Below, in pieces: positions 57,175 to 64,000 of a stretch of 64,000 nucleotides of DNA (positions are counted from its first letter, which is position 1; every line of letters begins with the position of its first letter). This stretch comes from Eledone cirrhosa (taxonomy: Eukaryota): assembly GCA_964016885.1 (NCBI GenBank), contig OZ024742.1:211358001-211422000 (forward strand), read 5' to 3'. The notes below the pieces were generated by a model, which saw only the letters and a program-made list of their open reading frames with translations, did no database searches and was not told the origin of the DNA. The translations under genes and the position numbers were made by a program.

Positions 57175-57955
57175 GTGGTAAAACACTGGAAGGTAATATC
57201 CGTAGTGGTAGAGCACTCAGTCCATGGGACGAGTTAGGTAGAGTGGTTACACAACCAACTAGAAACTTTCGGACTTTCGCGAAAGTCCGAAAGTTTCTTA
57301 GTTGGTTGTGTAACCACTTATATTTCTTCTCAATGGAGTTCCGCATGGATTATCCATTTATTTTGAGACTTGAAACCGCGCGGTAAGGGTAATTATAGTA
57401 AGTACAGTAAACCTTTTAAAATTTATTTTAAATCTTTTTCTCTCTTTGCTAAACCTTGATTATATATGTTCTGGCTCGTTAATTTATTAACCTACCATAG
57501 AACCACATTGGCATACGGTTGGATAATACATGTGTCCCTATATGCATTTTTTGCACGTAGGAAAACATACTTTATTATTATTAATCTTCCCTAAGGTCGA
57601 GATAACATTTTGGTCGTTTTACTGCTGCTATTTCAAGAGTGGCAGGACATTGACCTTTCCGCCCCTGCCTTCTATCTTTACACACGGCACTAGACAAGAT
57701 TGTTCCTTATCATACATTCTCATCCGGGAACAGTTCTGTATGGCGCCAGTTCGTGATTTGAACTCGGGAATTTTATATTCTCCGAGTGAGAAGAACCCTC
57801 TGACGAAAGTCTTCTTCTCAATGGCGTTCCGCATGGATTATCCATTGATTTTGAGACTTGAAACCGCGCGGTAAGGGTAATTATAGTAATTACAGTAAAC
57901 TTTTTAAAATTTATTTTAAAACTTTTTCTCTATTTGCTAAACCTTGATTATATAT
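57175..57955. mobile_element. Fold-back plus tandem-repeat element in (TA)n
   Basis: 77-bp palindrome at 57242-57318; direct repeats of about 140 bp at 57324-57466 and 57812-57953. Confidence 0.7.
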
Positions 57956-58281
57956 ATATATATATATATACAGTATTTTCCGTTGTAATATAAATATTAC
58001 ACACAGTAGATTGACAGCTCACGTAGAGTTTGCTCGACGGTTCCAGTTGTAGTTCCAAAAGTAATCCGGAGAAAAATAGAAAGATTTGAATGGATACAGT
58101 TTAGTTGAAAGGAATTTATTGACACGTGTTTCTATAACAGTTACATAACCTGAAAACAGCTGAATGTGTCTAAAAGCGACCATAAGTATGTATATATATG
58201 TGAAAATGTATATAAATAAGTAAATATATATATATGTTTGATGTGTATAGTTAGATGTAAGTGTATTCATGTATTAAAGTG

Positions 58282-58319
<38 letters not shown>

Positions 58320-58872
58320 TATAGATATATATGTATATGTATATATATACACATAGACTAGAGTATGTATGTATATATGTGTGTGTCTATACGTGTGTAT
58401 ATAAAGATAAGTTGAGTATAAAAATGTATACACATGAACGCGTATGTATGTACATGAATACATGTGTGTATATATATATGTATGCATGTATATATGTATG
58501 TAAGTATGAACATGTTACTATGTGAATGTGAGTATATGTATTTTGTAGAGGTGTGCAAATATGTTTGTGTGTGAATGCGTGGGTGAAAGGATACGTACAC
58601 TTGAAAGAAAAATTTAAGTCTGAATGTTAATTAAGTGCAAACACAAAACCAACCACGCATATCTTTACTATCTCTAATCCTTCTATAGATTTAGAAAAAT
58701 AACCAATAATATATTCTATAAAAATGTCAAAACAACAGATGGGAATCTAATTACTCACTGCCACCAAAAATTCTCACTGCTATCAAAAAACCACTCCCTC
58801 AACTATTCTTCTAACAACTTCACCCCTCCCTCCTAATATTCTCTATAAAAACCAAACAGGTCCTCAGTAATA

Positions 58873-58993
58873 TTATTCTGATGAAATGACAGTAAATAAT
58901 AACATTGAAATATTGAATGTCTGCATAACTAATACTTTGTAGATAGCAGCTGTTTTCAGGTTATGTAACTGTTATAGAAACACGTGTCAATAA
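58873..58993 (+). ncRNA. Type I hammerhead (H5) with an extended loop II
   Basis: ttatt-CTGATGA-a atgacagt..(74 nt)..actgttat a-GAAA-cacgtg-TC-aataa; inverted partial copy at 58082-58161. Confidence 0.75.
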
Positions 58994-59077
58994 ATTCCTT
59001 TCAACTAAACTGTATCCATTCAAATCTGTCTATATATATATATATATAGTTATGTAATAAACAACTTAAGATAATTA

Positions 59078-59138
59078 TTTCATTTACCAGTGGTTTCTTG
59101 AAAGCAAAAGAAATTTGCTTTCAGTCATCAGAATGAAA
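59078..59138 (-). ncRNA. Complete type I hammerhead (H6), left arm of the palindrome 59046-59295
   Basis: Exact reverse complement of 59203-59263. Confidence 0.85.
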
Positions 59139-59202
59139 AAATCCTGGTGTATTTATTGACAGTGGATTTTAAAATCCAGTGTCAATAAATACACCAGGAT
59201 TT

Positions 59203-59263
59203 TTTCATTCTGATGACTGAAAGCAAATTTCTTTTGCTTTCAAGAAACCACTGGTAAATGAAA
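59203..59263 (+). ncRNA. Complete type I hammerhead (H6), right arm
   Basis: tttcatt-CTGATGA-c tgaaagcaaa tttct tttgctttca a-GAAA-cc act gg-TA-aatgaaa; predicted cleavage after A59256. Confidence 0.88.
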
Positions 59264-59353
59264 TAATTATCTTATGTTGTTTATTACATAACTATTAAAC
59301 TCTGTAACCTACATAGAGCACTCTTTTTTCCTGGACTCTTCCGACGGAATTAC

Positions 59354-59441
<88 letters not shown>

Positions 59442-59511
59442 AGCAAAAGGCAAACAGAACAAAACAAACGACACAGTACAATGAAGAAATATATTATTAA
59501 TAGGAAAAGAG

Positions 59512-59547
59512 TCTTAATGTTTCGGACGCTAGTCCTTCATCAGAAAA
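59512..59547 (-). ncRNA. Minimal hammerhead (H2) in the tail fragment 59440-59550
   Basis: tttt-CTGATGA-a ggac tagc gtcc-GAAA-ca-TT-aaga. Confidence 0.6.
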
Positions 59548-59596
59548 TAAATATATATATATACATATATATGTCTGTATACATGTATATATATAC

Positions 59597-60545
59597 ACTA
59601 GCCGAATTACCCTCGCCTTGCTGCGTTTCACACATTTTTTTTTGTAAGAAAATTATGATTGATTTTAAATCAGTGATATAATTTATGGAGAAAAACTCTG
59701 CATTTCAATGTTACTCAATGTAAAATGTAATGCATGAAAATTGGAAGATATTTTTTGTAATATATCAAATCAAAATTACATTATTAAATCTTATTCTTAT
59801 TTTGTTTCTTGTAAATAATTTTTTCAAAATATCAATTCAAAGCTTTTGTGAATAGGCATCATATCTTGTCATTTACCTATGGTTTAAATTTCATATAAAT
59901 CGAAGGGAAAACATTTTCAGCTGGGTTTGTGCCTCCGGGGAACCCTAATAGGGGGTTTAACCCCCATTAGGGTGTCTGAATATTATTGAAATTTGCTAAA
60001 ATTTTGTGAATAGGCATTATATCTTGTCATTTACCTATGGTTTAAATTTCATATAAATCGAAGGGAAACAATTTCAGCGGGGGTTTTGTGCCCTCGGGGA
60101 ACCCTTTGATTAAAATGAAATATACTTATCGAAGTACCCTGGGCAATGTAGTTTCAGAATATATATGGTTATGGGGGTCTATCTCCAAAACCATAGGAGG
60201 AGTTCGCGAAATCTTGTTCCATCTATTGGCCAACATTTTCACTATAGGGGGTTTAACCTCCATTAGGCTGTTTTAATATTATTGAAATTTGCTGAAATTT
60301 TGTGAATAAGCATCATATCTTGTCATTCACCTATAGTTTAAATTTCATATAAATCGAAGAGAAAAATTTTTCAGCGGGGATTTTGTGCCCTCGAGGTACC
60401 CTTTGATTAAAATGAAATAACTTATCCAAGTACCATGGGCAATGTAGTTTCAGAATATATATGATTATGGGGGTCTATCTCCAAAACCATAGGAGTTCGT
60501 GAACAAACAAACAAATAGTCAGAAATACAACTTTATATATAGAGA
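59597..60545 (-). mobile_element. Non-autonomous Helitron-like element with internal tandem repeats
   Basis: Left end actagccgaattaccc; right end caaacaaac..ctttatatatagaga; three copies of tttgtgaata.gcat.atatcttgtcatt...atcgaag. Confidence 0.7.
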
Positions 60546-60709
60546 GAGTGAGAGGATATGCTCCGAAATCATTAGACGTGTCCGTCGAACCTGCGGGCCC
60601 AGAATCAGACAGATCCACACAATGATCGCGTCTCGAGCTTTCCGCCGGCAAAACAATTGTAACACACAATAAATTGAGTTCAGATGCATCATTGATTTTT
60701 CGTTTTCTA

Positions 60710-60821
<112 letters not shown>

Positions 60822-61020
60822 CGGTTAAACAAGGTTCAATGAATAAATCAAAGAATGAGTTTTACAATAGATTGGAAGCACTCCACAGAAATGGTTTTCT
60901 GGAGTTATTAATATTAATTCAAAATATTAACAAAAATAGACATTCGTGTGATCAAGTATATTTTATTATACATATTTCAGAGGTACTGAACTATCTTCAA
61001 CAGTACGTCGTGCATCATCT

Positions 61021-61087
61021 TATTTTATCTGATGAGGACGTACTGTTGAAGATAGCTCAGTACCTCTGAAATATGTATAATAAAATA
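61021..61087 (+). ncRNA. Type I hammerhead (H8) in the fold-back 60911-61134
   Basis: tattttat-CTGATGA-ggacgtactg..cagtacctct-GAAA-tatgta-TA-ataaaata; 8-bp stem I. Confidence 0.8.
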
Positions 61088-61128
61088 TACTTGATCACAC
61101 GAATGTCTATTTTTGTTAATATTTTGAA

Positions 61129-61202
<74 letters not shown>

Positions 61203-61382
61203 ACTCAATGAATTATCGAACTCAACATATTCATAATTATACGCGTCATCAGAGATAAGCTCATCTTTTATTCGGCTGATGTGGCTCAATCCTGTGAATA
61301 TGTTCATTTGGACCAATATAATGCGAATACTTTTAATAAACGCAAATAATTATATGGCTTTTAAAGGTGGGAAAATATAACT

Positions 61383-61720
61383 ACGTGGTCGAATAGTTAA
61401 GAAGTTCGCTTCACTACCAGAATGTTCCTGCTTCGGTCCTGATGCGTGGCATCTTAGACCAGTGCTTTTCTACCGAAGTTTCGAATTGGTCCAAGCCATG
61501 TTAATTAAATTGGGCAAACGAAAACTGTATGAGAGCTCGTTGAATGGATTGTAAGTGTAATTTAAAGAGCCAGCTTTGTCACAATCTCCCCTCACTGAAT
61601 TTCCATTAGAGTTATGCGAAAGGTACGCGTGTCTGTGGTATACTCAACCACGTACCCGTTAATATAACAAGTAAGCCGTTCTATTTATTGAACAATTGGA
61701 ATACTATCGTCGAATTCGAG
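61383..61720 (+). mobile_element. Old tRNA-derived SINE
   Basis: Degenerate A/B-box head (cgtggtcgaatagttaagaagttcgct...ttcggtcc) followed by a SINE-like body. Confidence 0.5.
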
Positions 61721-62982
61721 TGAGGTCCATTTATGAAGAACATTAATGACTAATGAAAATGAAATAATCACAATTGAGGTTTCAAATCTCAATTCATTTG
61801 TATAACAAAATTAATATCATATATCCAGAAAATAAAATTGGCTGTTATAAATGTTCATGCTTTTTTCACGTGAAATGTAATCGTTTCAATCAGTTATTGG
61901 TATTTGTTCGCACTTTCAGCTCGTTCGGAGCTTAGACTCTTATCGTGCGGTTGTAGAATCCCGAAAAGCAGACAAAAACCAGGCTACCGATTAACGGGTC
62001 AATGACGGTATATATTTCATTGCCTGGTTGTTTCATTAGCCAAATATTTTAATCTTACTGGTGCTATGAACCTACTTGTGAATAAGTGGTTTTGCTAAGG
62101 ATTGGAGGAAAAGCATTAGTCCTGTACCCACGGAATGCGTACAATAAATCCAATAAACATTAACTTCACAAACAGTAATTCCTCTACTGCAGCGACCATA
62201 AAAAACATTAACGGATTAGAGGATTAGAATAATAAGCAGCATGCAGCATCTTTTTATACTCGATATACAATAGTAGTAATAGTAGTAGCAGCGGAACAAC
62301 TTATATGTATTAAACAAAAGTGGCATACAACACAAAGCGATGTAGCTGTAACAACATAACAATGTTTGGAAACAAATTATTCAGAGATTTTATCTGCATG
62401 AAAAGCAGTAAATTAGAGTTAATATATTTCATGCATCAAAATGCTAACTAGAAACAATTATACGTCAAGTACACGACTTGATTTGATCTGATTATGACTT
62501 CATCAACGAACCAGCGTACTTGCTGAAGCAGTTATAGAAGAATCCCTAAGTAAATGTACAGAATTGTACATTGGTTGCCGTAGAAAAATAAAATTGTTTA
62601 TAGAATAAATAAAAAAATTGTTACTAAACTTTTTAGCTCCTAAAGTAGAAATGTCTATCCTGGAATAGAAAGATAGTTGAAAAAATAATTATAATTTTCT
62701 ATAAATGTTTTATAATCGTAGTGTGCATTACTTCGAAGAGAGAGCAGCAAAATAATAAATCTAAGTAAATTCCGTTTCGTGACAGAAACTATATAGTCCG
62801 ATCGATCGGACCAACGAAAAGAAAAAACAAATTTCCATTGGTCTTTCCATTACTAATACTATCTACCAATCGCAACTCTCGGCAGAGAAAATGTTGCCAG
62901 CGGCCGCTTTAGTTAAATACAACTAATTATTAGGGAATATAACCCTCAGAATAATACCAGGTTTCTGAGGTATTATCCAAGA

Positions 62983-63095
62983 TAGGGTGTATCAGATATG
63001 ACTCTGTGTGTGTGTATGTGTGAGGGGGAGAGTAAGAGAGTTTAGTTTACACATTGTTCAATTACGGAACACATCTAATTTTTTGATACACCCTG
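62983..63095. mobile_element. Tiny Tc1/mariner-type MITE
   Basis: agggtgtatca ... tgatacaccctg|TA. Confidence 0.55.
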
Positions 63096-63737
63096 TATTC
63101 TGAATGCCATTGAGAAAAACATGAGCATTAGAACTTATATTTTCACTATTACCTTAAGCCAGTTTTATCATTCATTGATATCTTTGGTTATAAACGTTTG
63201 GTTATAAAACGTTTGCGTAGGATATTGAACTTACTGATCGGTTGATTGATTCATGCTCGTGTTTATGATTCATTCTTTACCACTGGAAACATCGTCGTTA
63301 TCAGTACATTGACGACAAAACAGGGGCGGTGGAAGCATTTCTGAATTGGGAAGACCAAATTTGGACAATTTAGTTGTGGTGATTGGTTTAGCTCTTTGCA
63401 CTCTAAAATGGCCAGAAAATTTCGATATGCCATAAACATAACATGTACATAAATTATAGCGCATATCCAAATAGATGTGTTTTGGTAGTTTGGGGAGAAA
63501 ATATAATTATGGGTGGGGGGCATGCCCCCCACCCACCAGTTCCACTGCCACTGTATATATATAATTTTTAAAAAATATGCTCTGTGCCCTTTTCATAAGG
63601 GGTTAATATATCGAGCTTCGCATTTGGTAAGAAACTGGTATGATACTCAATTTATTCATCTCCTATACATTCATTTATCATGGCTATTGCTGAGCTTTGT
63701 TACTAAAAGGTTTCACCTGCGCACTCACAGGATGACC

Positions 63738-63792
63738 AGTCTTTTCTGATGGTCCTGTGAGTACTCAGGTGAAACTCCAGAGTAACAAGGCT
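63738..63792 (+). ncRNA. Type I hammerhead-like motif (H9, core CTGATGG)
   Basis: agtctttt-CTGATGG-tcctgtgagtactcaggt-GAAA-ctc ca gag-TA-acaaggct; followed by the actctacttcagtattgagt box. Confidence 0.65.
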
Positions 63793-64000
63793 TAGCCATA
63801 ATAAATGAATATTTAAACTCTACTTCAGTATTGAGTTTTCATTCTTACGTCCGTCAATAATTCGGGTACTCTCAGGTCTTGAATAATTGTACCCACCCCC
63901 CACTTATTGATTTATCAGATTTCCCCACCCTATCTCGCTTATTAAATTTCGCTAGTTTCTCTCCGGCGAAATTTTATTGTAAGTGATTCATATTGATACA

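Noticed and set aside
61205-61262. Minus-strand CTGATGA with a stem II-like hairpin
   Set aside because: GAAA is absent; too degenerate to call.

Overview
This is eukaryotic, AT-rich, repeat-dominated DNA with almost no protein-coding sequence; the SINE, RTE-LINE and (TA)n landscape suggests an octopus-like cephalopod (my inference). It holds decayed RTE-clade LINEs of three families, tRNA-derived SINEs, Helitron pieces, piggyBac/hAT/Tc1-type MITEs, a decayed Penelope-like (PLE) reverse transcriptase, a dense microsatellite field (about 32.9-39.9 kb), one plausible small host exon and two promoter-like patches. Almost all ORF-track entries are microsatellite or transposon noise. The standout signal is at least 8 sequence-unrelated families of short, mostly (TA)n-associated, often fold-back elements. 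Each carries a type I hammerhead ribozyme fold (stem I - CUGAUGA - stem II - GAAA - short or palindromic stem III - NUH - stem I'). Stem I covaries between subfamilies, most copies have a mismatched first pair of stem II, and many share a 3' ACTC...TTGAGT box. Two fold-backs carry a complete ribozyme on both strands. All folds were derived by eye and none was computed or tested.
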